DNA from: an uncultured Eubacteriales bacterium
Lineage (GTDB): Bacteria > Bacillota > Clostridia > Christensenellales > Borkfalkiaceae
Direction: 5' to 3'
Assembly (NCBI GenBank): GCA_900548285.1
Contig: URKE01000001.1
Coordinates: 21,274-85,273 of the forward strand
DNA length: 64,000 nucleotides
Shown here: piece by piece, positions 47,697 to 58,674 of the stretch
Layout: each line of letters begins with the position of its first letter
How positions within the stretch are numbered: the stretch's first letter is position 1
Notes under the pieces: model-generated
The model's database searches: none
Seen by the model: only the letters and a program-made list of their open reading frames with translations
Told to the model about the DNA's origin: nothing
Position numbers and translations under genes: made by a program

Positions 47697-48671
47697 ATGA
47701 TTAAGTTTCTGACTTGCGCAAGTTATTACGGAACAGGTTCTTCGGCTGTGACCGATCTTATCAGCGAATACGACGGCGTAGACAATTTAACGGATTACGA
47801 ATTCAGATTTTTGCACGACCCGTACGGCGTGAGAGATTTGCAGTACTATCTTATAGACAATCCGAACAGGCATAATTCGGGGTTCGGGCTGAAAAAATTT
47901 ATAAAATATACAAAGTTTCTGGAAGGAAACGCGTTGTTCAAACGCTATCGCCATTTTCTCGGCGACGCGTTCGCGACCGAAACGAAAAAATACGTCGATT
48001 CGCTTATAACGACTTCGTTCAACGCGTATTGGCAGTATGATCTTCTGGAACGCGGGAAAACATATTATTTTTTCTCGAGGTTGTTTTATAAAATTTTCCG
48101 TAAGGATTTGTTCGTGAAGAATATAAAAACTTACGTCTGCAACGTAGATAAGGACTATTTTATCGAACGGACAAAGGAATACGCGGAGGGGATTTTTAAA
48201 AACGCGCTGACTTCACCGGATAATTTTCTGATGGTAGATCAGATCGTTCCGTCCTCCAATATCGAGGATTTCCTGCCGTATTTCAACGATATCAAGATTT
48301 TTCTTGTGGACAGAGATCCGCGCGATCTGTACTTGTCCGAAAAATACGTCTGGCGCGAGGGGGTTGTTCCCGCGTCGCCCGAAGAATTTGTCGAATGGTA
48401 TAAATATTGCCGTAAAGATCAGAAACGGTATATCGAAAACGAAAACGTGTGTTTTTTGCGTTTCGAGGATATGATTTACGATTACGAAAACACGAAACGC
48501 AAAATCGTCCGGTTTGCGGGGATAGACGAAGAACGTCATGTAAATCCGCTTTCAAAATTCAATCCGGAAATTTCAAAAAAGAACACTAAGTTATATTTGA
48601 AATATCCTCAGGAAAAAGAGAACATAAAAATAATCGAAGAGCGGTTATCGGAGTATTTGTACAATTCGTAA
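47697..48671 (+). CDS. Sulfotransferase-like protein (putative polysaccharide modification enzyme)
   Basis: FLVDRDPRDLYLSEKY resembles the sulfotransferase 3'-phosphate-binding RDPRDxxxS motif. N-terminal GTGSS loop as a possible 5'-PSB. Tentative. Confidence 0.3.
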   Translation: MIKFLTCASYYGTGSSAVTDLISEYDGVDNLTDYEFRFLHDPYGVRDLQYYLIDNPNRHNSGFGLKKFIKYTKFLEGNALFKRYRHFLGDAFATETKKYVDSLITTSFNAYWQYDLLERGKTYYFFSRLFYKIFRKDLFVKNIKTYVCNVDKDYFIERTKEYAEGIFKNALTSPDNFLMVDQIVPSSNIEDFLPYFNDIKIFLVDRDPRDLYLSEKYVWREGVVPASPEEFVEWYKYCRKDQKRYIENENVCFLRFEDMIYDYENTKRKIVRFAGIDEERHVNPLSKFNPEISKKNTKLYLKYPQEKENIKIIEERLSEYLYNS

Positions 48672-48707
48672 AACGGACTTTGCAAAAAAATTGTCGGGAT
48701 TTTAGAA

Positions 48708-50189
48708 ATGATAACGATAGATACGAGCAGAATAAACAATACAAGAAAATTAGTCGGCATATTGTGTTACGTCACGACAACGTTTGTTATAACTTTGTTA
48801 TGCCGGATTTTATGCGATCTGATTCCCGACACGGATAAAGTTCGTGTTTTAGGGTTGCTCGGCTGGTTTGTATTGTTTGTTTTTTTCGCGGCTTATAAAT
48901 ACGTTACCGGAAAATTCATTACGCTCGCGTCTGTTTTCGTGTTGTCGATGTTCGCTTTCGGTTACGGACAGTATCTTTTGTACGGCTTAGGGGCGAAGTA
49001 TGATTACTATTTTCTGAATTCTTATTATGCCGGGTTATACAATAACAACAAGGCTCTCCTGACGGCGTCGGTTCAATATACGCTTATCGGGCTGGAATTG
49101 TTTTGCCTTGCGATAATGGCGGCGGTCAGAAAAAATCGACCTTGGCAAACCGCGGAAAAACCCGGACCGTCCGTGTTCCGCGTCGACGACGACGCGATGA
49201 GGAAGGTTTTTATCGTTCTGTTTTGTCTGTCTGCCGTCCCGACGATAGCGTTCAACGCTTATCTTGCCGTTTATTCGCTTGCCGCAGGATACGCGAACGC
49301 AAGGTTGATTCCTACTCCCGCAATCGTCAGATATCTCGGAACGTTCTTTATACCGTCCGCGATAGGTTCGTTTATATGCAACAAAAACAAACCCCGCGCA
49401 AGGTTAGTCGTCGCGGCTTGCTCGGCCGCATACTGCGCGATGAGTTTTATCGTTGGCGGAAGATCGCTTGCGATGGGGCTTTTGTTCGGGCTTGCGGTAG
49501 TTTTTCTGAGCGAAAGGAAAAATTCCGTTTCCGCTATAGTCGTCATATTGCTCGGCGGATATCTGTTCATTGTGCTGAGTTCGGTCATATCGGAAGCAAG
49601 AAACAACAACGGCGGCGGTTTTATCAGGATATTTATGGAAAACGCGTTCGGCGGCAAGGCGTTTTCGCTCTTTCTGGGCGAAACCGGTTTCAGCGGATCG
49701 TCGCTCACCTGGATGATGCACGCCATGGAATCGCGAGGGGTGAATCCGATAAACGGCAAAACGTATATCGGCGCGGTTATCGGTATTCTTCCGAGCAGTC
49801 TGGACGTGTTACATATTCAGGATTACTGGAACGAGTTTACTCAGTTGGAGGATTTTCTGACGAATTACTATTCCTTCGATTTCGGTGTGGGTTACAGTCT
49901 GTTTGCGGAATCTTATTACAATTTCAGATGGTTCGGGCTTGTCGTTTTGTTTCTCGAAGGTTTGCTTTTCGGCAAACTTTTCAATCTTGACTCCGCTTGT
50001 ACCGGCAGTTGGAAAAAATACGTTCCCATAGCGTTGTTTTCAATGCTTATAACCATTCCGAGAAGAGATATCGTATTTTTGTCGAACTATATCGCCCTTT
50101 GCGTTATCGCGCCGTATATATTGATTGTTTTGTACGCGACGATAAAAAACAGCGTACTCTTAAACGCCGCGCGCGCCAAGAAAAAATAA
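48708..50189 (+). CDS. Wzy-type oligosaccharide repeat-unit polymerase (polytopic membrane protein)
   Basis: ~12 TM helices with a large periplasmic loop. Position within the polysaccharide locus. Confidence 0.55.
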   Translation: MITIDTSRINNTRKLVGILCYVTTTFVITLLCRILCDLIPDTDKVRVLGLLGWFVLFVFFAAYKYVTGKFITLASVFVLSMFAFGYGQYLLYGLGAKYDYYFLNSYYAGLYNNNKALLTASVQYTLIGLELFCLAIMAAVRKNRPWQTAEKPGPSVFRVDDDAMRKVFIVLFCLSAVPTIAFNAYLAVYSLAAGYANARLIPTPAIVRYLGTFFIPSAIGSFICNKNKPRARLVVAACSAAYCAMSFIVGGRSLAMGLLFGLAVVFLSERKNSVSAIVVILLGGYLFIVLSSVISEARNNNGGGFIRIFMENAFGGKAFSLFLGETGFSGSSLTWMMHAMESRGVNPINGKTYIGAVIGILPSSLDVLHIQDYWNEFTQLEDFLTNYYSFDFGVGYSLFAESYYNFRWFGLVVLFLEGLLFGKLFNLDSACTGSWKKYVPIALFSMLITIPRRDIVFLSNYIALCVIAPYILIVLYATIKNSVLLNAARAKKK

Positions 50190-51745
50190 TGAAAGAAAGA
50201 TCGAGAACATTCAACTCAATAGCCAACAGTTTTTACGGCATTATTTCGGCGCTGATATCCGTCGCGCTCAATTTTGCGGTAAGAATCGTTATTATACGCG
50301 CTCTCGGCGAGGAAATCAACGGGCTTCATAACCTCTTTCAAAGCACGATAAACGCTATGGCGGTTATCGAAACGAGCATAGGTTCCGCGCTTATAATACA
50401 CCTTTACGCGCCCGTGAAAGAACGCGACGAGGCTCGCATAACCGCGCTCATGTCGTTTTACAGGCGGGTATATCTCGTTATTGCGCTTGTTTTCCTTCTG
50501 CTCGGGATAATAATCGACGTTTTCTTTATAAATCTGATCGTACATTCCTCGATCCCGGCTTCGTCGGTCAGATTGTATTTCGGGGTGTTTGCGGCGTCTT
50601 TCTTCTTTAATTATCTGACGTATTACAAAAGAAGTATCCTGTTTGCCGAACAAAGAAACAGAATCAGCATGGCGGCGACAACCGTCAGCGAGATTGTATT
50701 CCGCGGACTTGCGGTGCTGTTCGCTTGTCTTACGAAAGAATATCTTTATTTTCTGTTGTTTATCGTTGCGGAAAAACTGTTCGGCAATCTGCTTTGTATT
50801 CTCAGCGTAAACAAACGATATCCGTTTTTGAAGAAAATACGCGGAAATCCGATAGACAAGGAAACAAAAAAGAGTATTTACGCGACCATGCGCCCTCTTT
50901 TCGTCAATCAGTTTTCGTCAACCATACAAACGTCCGCGAACAGCATAATCATAAGTATTTTGCTCGGCAACGTGGCGATCGTCGGTTATTACGGCAACTA
51001 TCAACTTGTCGTAAGCACCATTCAACTTATTTTCAGTCAGTTCGGAAGCGCGTTTACGACGAGTTTTGCGAACCTTGCCGTCGAAAAAGACAAGGAAAGA
51101 ATGTACGAAACGTACAGATTTTTCGATTATCTGGCTTGTTGCGTGTCGATAGTCTGCTGCGCGGGATTTTTATCCTGCGTTCAGAGTTTTATAGCGTTGT
51201 GTTTCGGAAACGGCTTTTTGCTGAGCATGGGTTCCGTTATCGCGATCGTTTGTTCGCTGGCGTTTTATCTGTTCGGCGTACCCGTTATATCCGTGCAGAA
51301 TGCGATGGGCTTACACAAAAAAGACGATATTCTAATGGTGATTCAGGCTGTTTTAGCCATTGCTTTCGGATTTATCGGCGGCATTTTGTGGGGAATGGAA
51401 GGAATCGTCGCCGGCTTGACGTTGCCGGTTCTGGTTTTCACTTTGATTTTCAAGGGCGTTATCATTTGCAGGGAAGCGTTCGGCGTTTCGGCGCGCGGTT
51501 ATCTGCCGGCGATGTTGGCGAAGATGCTTCTGACGGCTGTCGTCTGCGCGGTTTCGTTCTTCGTCTGCAATCTGATATCTGTCGGCGGCGCGTGGGATTT
51601 TATCGTTAAAGGCGTCGTTTCCGTAGCGATTTCCTGCGCTATGATAGCGTTGTTTACTTTCAGAAGCAAATATTTCAAAAAGAGCATCGAATTGATAAAA
51701 AGAAAAAGAGTATCTCAAACAGAAAAGGAGAAAACAAAATGTTGA
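50189..51745 (+). CDS. Wzx-type flippase (MOP superfamily)
   Basis: Polysaccharide biosynthesis protein architecture, 14 TM helices. Start overlaps the wzy stop. Confidence 0.75.
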   Translation: MKERSRTFNSIANSFYGIISALISVALNFAVRIVIIRALGEEINGLHNLFQSTINAMAVIETSIGSALIIHLYAPVKERDEARITALMSFYRRVYLVIALVFLLLGIIIDVFFINLIVHSSIPASSVRLYFGVFAASFFFNYLTYYKRSILFAEQRNRISMAATTVSEIVFRGLAVLFACLTKEYLYFLLFIVAEKLFGNLLCILSVNKRYPFLKKIRGNPIDKETKKSIYATMRPLFVNQFSSTIQTSANSIIISILLGNVAIVGYYGNYQLVVSTIQLIFSQFGSAFTTSFANLAVEKDKERMYETYRFFDYLACCVSIVCCAGFLSCVQSFIALCFGNGFLLSMGSVIAIVCSLAFYLFGVPVISVQNAMGLHKKDDILMVIQAVLAIAFGFIGGILWGMEGIVAGLTLPVLVFTLIFKGVIICREAFGVSARGYLPAMLAKMLLTAVVCAVSFFVCNLISVGGAWDFIVKGVVSVAISCAMIALFTFRSKYFKKSIELIKRKRVSQTEKEKTKC

Positions 51746-52815
51746 ATTTCTGCGTCGGACCGGTGCAGTCCGATAATTACGTAAGGGAAATAGGCTCTTG
51801 CCAGGTGCCTTATTTCAGAACTCCGGAGTTTTCCGAAGTAATGTTTGAAAACGAAAAACTCGTTTTAAAATTCGCCAAAGCCCCGAAAGGCTCGCGGGCG
51901 GTTTTCATAACCGGTTCCGGCACGGCGTCGATGGAGGCTTCCGTTATCAACACTCTCACGAAAAACGATAAAGCGATAGTCGTAAACGGCGGTTCGTTCG
52001 GACATCGTTTTGCGGAAATACTCGATATTCACAAAATTTCTCACGACGATATCGTTCTCGAAACGGGTAAAGCATTGACGAAAGAGCATCTTCTGCCGTT
52101 TGAAAACAAGGGTTACACCGCGTTTCTCGTCAACGTTTGCGAAACTTCTACGGGCGTTCGTTACGATATGGATCTCATCGGCGAGTTCTGCAAAAGGAAC
52201 GGCATTTTCCTCATTGCCGACGCGGTGAGCGCGTTTCTTGCGGACGAGTCGGACATGGAGAAGATCGGCGCGGACGTTCTGATGACGGGTTCGCAAAAGG
52301 CTCTCGCATGCCCGCCGGGCGTTTCGATAATCGTTTTGTCGCCGAGGGCTTTGAAGAGGGTGGAAAACACCGATTCGGGTTGTATGTATCTCGATCTGAA
52401 GCGCGCGCTTGAAAACGGCGAAAGAGGTCAGACTCCTTTCACTCCCGCCGTCGGAACGCTTTTGCAAATAAACGCGAGATTGCGCAAGATAGACGAAACG
52501 GGCGGAGCGGACGCGGAAGTTAAGCGCGTCGGCGAACTCGCCGCTTATTTCAGAGAAAAAATCAAAGCGTTTCCGTTTAAAACGGTTTCGGAATCTCCGT
52601 CGAACGCGGTCACCTCGCTCGCGCCGGAAGGCAACTTAAGCGCATATACGATTTTCACCGTTCTGAAGGACGAGTACGGCATCTGGATTTGTCCGAACGG
52701 CGGCGAACTGAAAGACAAGATTTTCAGAGTCGGGCATATCGGCGCGCTTACGAAAGCCGATTACGACACGCTTCTCAACGCGCTCGAAGATATGCGCGCA
52801 AGAAAAATATTTTAA
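51739..52815 (+). CDS. Class V aminotransferase (serine-pyruvate / 2-aminoethylphosphonate-pyruvate transaminase-like)
   Basis: Fold-type I PLP enzyme. [11 protein letters not shown] lysine region. Confidence 0.7.
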   Translation: MLNFCVGPVQSDNYVREIGSCQVPYFRTPEFSEVMFENEKLVLKFAKAPKGSRAVFITGSGTASMEASVINTLTKNDKAIVVNGGSFGHRFAEILDIHKISHDDIVLETGKALTKEHLLPFENKGYTAFLVNVCETSTGVRYDMDLIGEFCKRNGIFLIADAVSAFLADESDMEKIGADVLMTGSQKALACPPGVSIIVLSPRALKRVENTDSGCMYLDLKRALENGERGQTPFTPAVGTLLQINARLRKIDETGGADAEVKRVGELAAYFREKIKAFPFKTVSESPSNAVTSLAPEGNLSAYTIFTVLKDEYGIWICPNGGELKDKIFRVGHIGALTKADYDTLLNALEDMRARKIF

Positions 52816-52828
52816 CAAAGGTCATCGG

Positions 52829-54157
52829 ATGATAAAAGTTATCACTTACGGAACGTTCGACGTTCTTCATTACGGACATATCAGACTTCTCGAAAGGGCA
52901 AAAGCGCTCGGCGACGAACTGATCGTCGGCGTAACGAGCGACGATTACGACCGCACGAGGGGCAAAATAAACAATCAGCAAACGCTCGGCGAAAGAATCA
53001 AGGCGGTTCGTTCGCTCGGCATTGCAGACGAAGTTATCGTCGAGGAATACGACGGGCAGAAAATAGACGATATCAGAAAATACGGCGTGGATATTTTCGC
53101 CGTCGGTTCGGATTGGGAGGGTAAATTCGATTATCTGAACAATTTTTGCAAGGTCGTTTATCTGCCGCGGACGACGGGCGTTTCGAGTACGGACATAAGA
53201 ACGGAAAGCAGAATGATACGGCTCGGCGTGGTGGGAGAAATTCCGCTGCTCCGAAAATTCGTTAACGAAAGCAGATTCGTTAACGGCTGCAAAATTTCGG
53301 GTTTATGCTCGCAAAACAAAAAGGACGCCGAAGAATACGGCGACCTTGAACTCATAACGGACGATTTCGATAAAATTCTGGAAGCGTCGGACGCGCTCTA
53401 TATCGCGTCGCATCCGACTTTGCACTATAAGCAGATAAAAAAGGCTTTGAAAAACGGCAAGCACGTTATTTGCGAAAGCCCCGTCGCGCTGAGCGGCGAG
53501 GAGTGCGACGAACTTTACGAAATAGCCGGGAAGAGCGGGCTTATCCTTATGGACGCGATCAAAACGGCGTATTCCACCGCATATGCGAGAATGCTTCTTT
53601 TGATCGAAAGCGGCGCGATCGGCAAGGTCGTTTCCGTCGACGCAACCTGTACGAGTTTGCGCGTGAACGAGAACGGCGATCCCGATTATTACAAAACGAA
53701 TTGGAACAGCAGTTGCGATTGGGGGCCTAACGCCATTCTTCCCGTGTTTCAACTTCTCGGTACGAAATATAAAGATATACGCATAATTTCCTCTTTTGCG
53801 GACGAGGATAAGGATTATGATTTGTTCTCGAAATTCGATTTCACTTACGATTCCGCCGTCGCGACGGTAAAGGTCGGCAAGGGCGTCAAGTCGGAGGGCG
53901 AACTCGTGGTTTCGGGCACTAAAGGCTACGTTTACGTTCCCGCGCCCTGGTGGAAAACCGATTATTTCGAGATCCGTTACGAGAACCCCGCCGACAAAAA
54001 AAGATACTTTTATCAACTCAACGGCGAGGGGATAAGATACGAAATCGTCGCGTTCATCAAGGCGATAGAGAGCGGCAGAGTGATCGATATGATTCCCCGC
54101 GAGGTGTCGCGCGCGATTTGCGAAGTGGTGTCGAGTAAAAACAGGGTAGAGATATAA
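52829..54157 (+). CDS. Bifunctional glycerol-3-phosphate cytidylyltransferase-like (TagD-like) / Gfo-Idh-MocA oxidoreductase fusion
   Basis: The N-terminal 130 aa are nearly collinear with B. subtilis TagD (ITYGTFDVLHYGHIRLLERAK...GSDWEGKFDYL...VVYLPRT). The C-terminal ~300 aa carry a Rossmann GVVGEIP motif and Gfo/Idh/MocA-type features. Confidence 0.7.
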   Translation: MIKVITYGTFDVLHYGHIRLLERAKALGDELIVGVTSDDYDRTRGKINNQQTLGERIKAVRSLGIADEVIVEEYDGQKIDDIRKYGVDIFAVGSDWEGKFDYLNNFCKVVYLPRTTGVSSTDIRTESRMIRLGVVGEIPLLRKFVNESRFVNGCKISGLCSQNKKDAEEYGDLELITDDFDKILEASDALYIASHPTLHYKQIKKALKNGKHVICESPVALSGEECDELYEIAGKSGLILMDAIKTAYSTAYARMLLLIESGAIGKVVSVDATCTSLRVNENGDPDYYKTNWNSSCDWGPNAILPVFQLLGTKYKDIRIISSFADEDKDYDLFSKFDFTYDSAVATVKVGKGVKSEGELVVSGTKGYVYVPAPWWKTDYFEIRYENPADKKRYFYQLNGEGIRYEIVAFIKAIESGRVIDMIPREVSRAICEVVSSKNRVEI

Positions 54158-54241
54158 ATCGGTCTATAAGTCGATTAATGCCGATTTTTGTCGATAATCG
54201 GCTGAATTTCGCGAGGACTACATAAGTCGCTTTGGCGAGAT

Positions 54242-54634
54242 TTAGTGGAGATATTCCGAAAGGCTTTCGGAAACGTCTTCTGGCATAATATCTTTAACCG
54301 GCGTGAAATACGCGGCGTTTACGTCGGCGGCTTCGGAAGATTTTTCTTCCGAAGCCGCCTTTTTTTCTTCATCGGCTTTACTTTGAGAAGAAAGCAACCC
54401 TATAAGCGCGGGCAGTATGCTTTTAAGATCGGCGGAGTCGTTATCGAATACCGCGGAAAGCGCGGCGGCGAATTTTTCCGATGTCAGAAACGACACGGTT
54501 TTATCGTTTAAACCGAGAATTTTAAAAAGCGGCGCGAAGGACGGCAAATCGAGCCGCGGCAACACGTTTTTCAGCCACGACGGGTTGTTTTTCCAAAAAT
54601 AGAGCAATATCAGAAGCAGGGGCGCAAAATTCAT
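54242..54634 (-). CDS. Hypothetical protein
   Basis: RBS GAGGA before MNFAPLLL. Confidence 0.4.
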   Translation of the reverse strand: MNFAPLLLILLYFWKNNPSWLKNVLPRLDLPSFAPLFKILGLNDKTVSFLTSEKFAAALSAVFDNDSADLKSILPALIGLLSSQSKADEEKKAASEEKSSEAADVNAAYFTPVKDIMPEDVSESLSEYLH

Positions 54635-54699
54635 TTTGTTTTCCTCGTTAACATTTTTTTCCGTTATAATCATAAAATGATTTTGACGGAGGATTTTTT

Positions 54700-55011
54700 A
54701 TGAAAGATTTCAACGACTTCAATAAAGGCGACGTCCCGGGCGGGCAAACGGCAGGCGGAGAGCAGGCGGGGCAGAAGAATAACCGGAACACGGCTGATAT
54801 CGCCGGACAATTCTCGGCGCTTGCGTCGGAGTACGAAGGGAAGAACGCGGATGAAATTATGAGAGCCATTCTTAAAGAGGCCGAAAAGGGCAGAAAAAAC
54901 GGCACGCTGTCCGACAAGGATATCGACGATTTTTCGGATATGATTTCGCCGATGCTGACGGACGGTCAACGCAAAACGCTCGACAAAGTCGTGAAGCGTT
55001 TGAAATCATAA
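54700..55011 (+). CDS. Hypothetical small protein
   Basis: RBS GGAGGA. 103 aa. Confidence 0.4.
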   Translation: MKDFNDFNKGDVPGGQTAGGEQAGQKNNRNTADIAGQFSALASEYEGKNADEIMRAILKEAEKGRKNGTLSDKDIDDFSDMISPMLTDGQRKTLDKVVKRLKS

Positions 55012-55060
55012 CGCAAAGCCGCGGAGTTGAAAGCGGGGCGGGCGGATAAAAACAAACCGA

Positions 55061-56191
55061 TTAAACCGATTGCGAAATTTCGCCCAGGGCGAACAGAAAA
55101 GCGTTCATTTCCTTTCTCGTGTTCTGCGGGCTTAAACTTACCCGCACAAGACCGAGTTTTTCGGTTTTTAAAAACCTGTGCATAAGCGGCGCGCAGTGAA
55201 AACCGCCGCGCGTCGCGATGTCGTACCTTTCGGAGAGAATTTCGGAAAGGGTTTGCGAAGAAACGTCGTTATGCGAAAACGCGACTATTCCGCTTCTGTT
55301 CGGAATGGAGTATAACTTCACGTAAGGTCTTACGGAGAGTTCCGATATCAGGTATTCGGTCATATTTTTCAGTTGATTTGAAACGTAATTTACGTTGTCG
55401 GAAAGATAGTCCGCGCCTTCTTTCATCGAAAGGCAGGCGGGGAGATTCAAAGTTCCCGCTTCGAGCGATTCGGGCAGATCTTCGGGCATGGTTTTTGAAA
55501 AAGTGTCGAAACCCGTTCCGCCGAAAGCGAACGGACGAATCCGCGCTTTGTTGCTGAGAATAAGCGCGCCCGCGCCGACAATGCCGAGCATGCCTTTGTG
55601 CGACGGAACGCAGAGCGCGTCGATAGCCTGCTTTTCAACGTTTATCGGCGCGTGACCGGACATCTGCGCGCCGTCCACAAGGAAAAGAGCGTTAGTCTTT
55701 TTGAGCAATCTGCCTATGCCGTCGATATCGTTTTCAGTACCGGTTACGTTTGAAACGCCGTTCACGCACACGAGGCAAACGTCGTCCGAAAGATTTTTCT
55801 CGATGTCCGCCGCGGTCACGGCGGAAGATTCGGGCGTAACGATCGTCAGGGTTATTTCGCCCCGCCGTTCCAGCTCGTAAAGCGGGCGGAGAACGGAATT
55901 GTGTTCGGTTACCGTCGCGATGACTCTGCCGCCCTTTTTATAAAGCCCGAAAATCGCGGCGTTGAGAGCGTAAGTGCAGGACGGCGTGAAAACCACGCGC
56001 TCGGGCGACGTCGCTCCGAAAAACTTCGCGAGAGATTTGCGCGCCGCAAAAAGAGCGGAAGAAGCCGCCAGAGATAATCTGTGTCCGCTTCTTCCGGGGT
56101 TGGCGTTCAGGTTTTTAAGCGCGTTTATCGCCGCTTCGTAACATCCGGAAGGTTTAAAGCCGCCGGTTGCGGCATTGTCGAAATAAATCAT
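55061..56191 (-). CDS. Cysteine desulfurase family protein (NifS-like, class V)
   Basis: SHKGMLG PLP-lysine, C-terminal Cys loop. Confidence 0.8.
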   Translation of the reverse strand: MIYFDNAATGGFKPSGCYEAAINALKNLNANPGRSGHRLSLAASSALFAARKSLAKFFGATSPERVVFTPSCTYALNAAIFGLYKKGGRVIATVTEHNSVLRPLYELERRGEITLTIVTPESSAVTAADIEKNLSDDVCLVCVNGVSNVTGTENDIDGIGRLLKKTNALFLVDGAQMSGHAPINVEKQAIDALCVPSHKGMLGIVGAGALILSNKARIRPFAFGGTGFDTFSKTMPEDLPESLEAGTLNLPACLSMKEGADYLSDNVNYVSNQLKNMTEYLISELSVRPYVKLYSIPNRSGIVAFSHNDVSSQTLSEILSERYDIATRGGFHCAPLMHRFLKTEKLGLVRVSLSPQNTRKEMNAFLFALGEISQSV

Positions 56192-56306
56192 AAATCTCCG
56201 TTCGCCGAAGTTCGGAATCGAAAACTACGAACTTGCGACGTATTGCAGTTTTTGTTAAATATATATTAAAAATATCAGCATATAATGCCAACGAAGGAGA
56301 AAACGA

Positions 56307-56564
56307 ATGACGTTTTGTATAGCGGTGTTCCGTTCGAGAACTCAGGTGATGGAATTTATCGAATATATGCAATCGCGCGGGATAGACAGTTCGGCGATAA
56401 ATACTCCCGCGGAGGCTCACGTCGGTTGCGGAATATCGGCTAAATTCCCTAAAATTTACCTTAATTACGCAAAAGAAATCGTCCGAAGGTTGTCGCTTGT
56501 TTCGTTCACGGGGTTTTACGAACTGAAAATAAACGGCGGCAGGACGAGCGTGAGAAGAATTTGA
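56307..56564 (+). CDS. DUF3343-like putative sulfur/selenium carrier protein
   Basis: 85 aa with conserved Cys (GCG). Adjacent to the cysteine desulfurase. Confidence 0.45.
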   Translation: MTFCIAVFRSRTQVMEFIEYMQSRGIDSSAINTPAEAHVGCGISAKFPKIYLNYAKEIVRRLSLVSFTGFYELKINGGRTSVRRI

Positions 56565-56687
56565 GTAAAAAATAAACGAAATCCCACGGATTTGATTGTA
56601 AAAAACACTTTTTTGTGCTATCATATAAGCGGCAAGCGGAAATTAAGCGGCAAGCAGATTTTTCGCTTGCCGCTTTAAGATTGCGTT

Positions 56688-57353
56688 ATGACCAAGAAAA
56701 TTGCGCTCGAGGTTTCGGAACGACTGATAGAAGAATATCCGAATCCGAAACCCGCGTTAAAATTCAATACGCCTTACGAATTGCTCGTGGCGGTAATTCT
56801 TTCGGCTCAATGTACGGACGAGCGGGTGAATAAAGTCACCGCCGAACTTTTCAAGGTTGCCGACACGCCCGAAAAGATGGTCGCGCTCGGAGCGGAAGAG
56901 TTGGAAAAATATATTTTTTCCTGCGGACTTTACCATTCCAAAGCCGAGCATATCATCTCCGCGTCGGAGTCGATAGTCCGCGATTACGGCGGAAAAGTTC
57001 CCGAAAACATCGAGGATTTAAGGAAACTCGGCGGCGTGGGCAGAAAAACGGCTAACGTCGTTGCGAGCGTCGCGTTCGGGCAGGACGCGATAGCGGTGGA
57101 CACGCACGTTTTCAGAGTTTCGGCGAGAATCGGGCTTGCAAAAGGAAAAACTCCGCTCGAAACGGAGTTGAAACTGATGAAAATTCTGCCGAAAAATCTG
57201 TGGAGCAGAATGCACCACGCGCTTATTTATCACGGCAGGCAAACGTGCAAGGCACGTAATCCCGAATGTGAAAGGTGCGTTATAAAAGATATTTGCGAAG
57301 CGGCGAAACGCGAAAACAAAAAGGAAAACGCGAAAATCGGAACCGTTGAATAA
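56688..57353 (+). CDS. nth: Endonuclease III
   Basis: HhH-GPD (LGGVGRKTANVV), 4Fe-4S CxxxxxxCxxCxxxxxC. Confidence 0.9.
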   Translation: MTKKIALEVSERLIEEYPNPKPALKFNTPYELLVAVILSAQCTDERVNKVTAELFKVADTPEKMVALGAEELEKYIFSCGLYHSKAEHIISASESIVRDYGGKVPENIEDLRKLGGVGRKTANVVASVAFGQDAIAVDTHVFRVSARIGLAKGKTPLETELKLMKILPKNLWSRMHHALIYHGRQTCKARNPECERCVIKDICEAAKRENKKENAKIGTVE

Positions 57354-57395
57354 CGGCGGAACGCAACAATAAAAGGGAAGAATAAAGGTAAAATT

Positions 57396-58664
57396 ATGTT
57401 TGTAGATAAAGAGAGTTTGTTTTTAAAATCGGGCGACGGCGGCGACGGGATGACCTCGTTTCTGAGGTATAAAGGCGTTTCCAACGGCGGTCCGGACGGC
57501 GGTGACGGCGGAAAAGGCGGGAGCATTTATTTTGTGGGCGATCGCCACAAGAGCAGTCTTATAGACTTTATGTATAAGAGAAAATTCGTCGCGGAAAACG
57601 GCGGCAAGGGCGAACCCAACAACTGCCACGGCAAAAACGGCGAGGACGTTTACATTGGCGTTCCGCTCGGAACGGTCGTCAAGGACAGAGAAACGGGCAG
57701 AATAATCTGCGATATTTATTACGACGGGCAGAAGCATATGGTTCTGGAGGGCGGCAACGGCGGCAAGGGCAACGTGCATTTCTGCACGAGCAGACGCCGC
57801 GCTCCGCATTTTTCTCAGACGGGCGAAAAAACCGAGATGAGAAAAGTGATTCTCGAACTCAAAACGATTGCCGACGTAGGGCTTATAGGTTTTCCCAACG
57901 TGGGAAAATCCACGATATTATCGAAGATTTCTGCTGCTAAACCGAAGATTGCCAACTATCATTTCACAACCCTTACGCCCAATCTCGGCGTGGTTAAGTA
58001 TTATGACGACAACTTCGTCTGCGCGGATATTCCCGGGCTTATCGAGGGCGCGTCCGAGGGGACGGGGCTTGGTACGGAATTTTTAAGGCATATCGAAAGA
58101 ACCCGCGTTCTCGTCCACGTTGTGGATATATCCGGAAGCGAGGGGAGAGATCCTTACGAGGATTATAAAAAAATCAACGTCGAACTCAGAAAATACAGCA
58201 AGGAACTTGCCAAACGTCCGCAGATCGTGCTTCTGAACAAGTGCGACGTTTACGGCGCGGAAGAGAACATAAAGGCGTTCAAAAAGAAACTCAATTATCG
58301 TCGCGAGGTTTTCCCCGTAACGGCGGTGACGGGAGAAGGGCTTAAAGAAGTCGTTAAAAGAATAGTGGAAATTCTTTCGGAATTGCCCGCGCCCAAACCC
58401 CTCGAATTCGAGGAGTTCAGTTACGAAAAGGACGATCCGAGAAAGTTCACCGTCACTTACGACGCGGAGGACAACGTTTACGCCATAGAAGGGCCTATCG
58501 TTAAACTTCTCGAGAGAAACGTCGTTTTAGACGATATGGATTCGATAGCGTACATGCAGAAAACCCTGCGCAGATACGGCGTTATAGACGCGCTCCGCAA
58601 AAAAGGCGCGAAGGACGGCGACACGGTGCTTATAGGCGACATCGCGTTCGATTATATAGATTAA
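57396..58664 (+). CDS. obg: GTPase Obg
   Basis: Gly-rich Obg fold N-domain, GFPNVGKST. Confidence 0.95.
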   Translation: MFVDKESLFLKSGDGGDGMTSFLRYKGVSNGGPDGGDGGKGGSIYFVGDRHKSSLIDFMYKRKFVAENGGKGEPNNCHGKNGEDVYIGVPLGTVVKDRETGRIICDIYYDGQKHMVLEGGNGGKGNVHFCTSRRRAPHFSQTGEKTEMRKVILELKTIADVGLIGFPNVGKSTILSKISAAKPKIANYHFTTLTPNLGVVKYYDDNFVCADIPGLIEGASEGTGLGTEFLRHIERTRVLVHVVDISGSEGRDPYEDYKKINVELRKYSKELAKRPQIVLLNKCDVYGAEENIKAFKKKLNYRREVFPVTAVTGEGLKEVVKRIVEILSELPAPKPLEFEEFSYEKDDPRKFTVTYDAEDNVYAIEGPIVKLLERNVVLDDMDSIAYMQKTLRRYGVIDALRKKGAKDGDTVLIGDIAFDYID

Positions 58665-58674
58665 AGGAGAAACA

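Noticed and set aside
56570-56690. Riboswitch or attenuator in the nth leader (aagcggcaagc repeats)
   Set aside because: It is just one hairpin (aagcggcaagc...gcttgccgctt) with no conserved motif and no T-tract. Likely a simple stem or operator, so not called.
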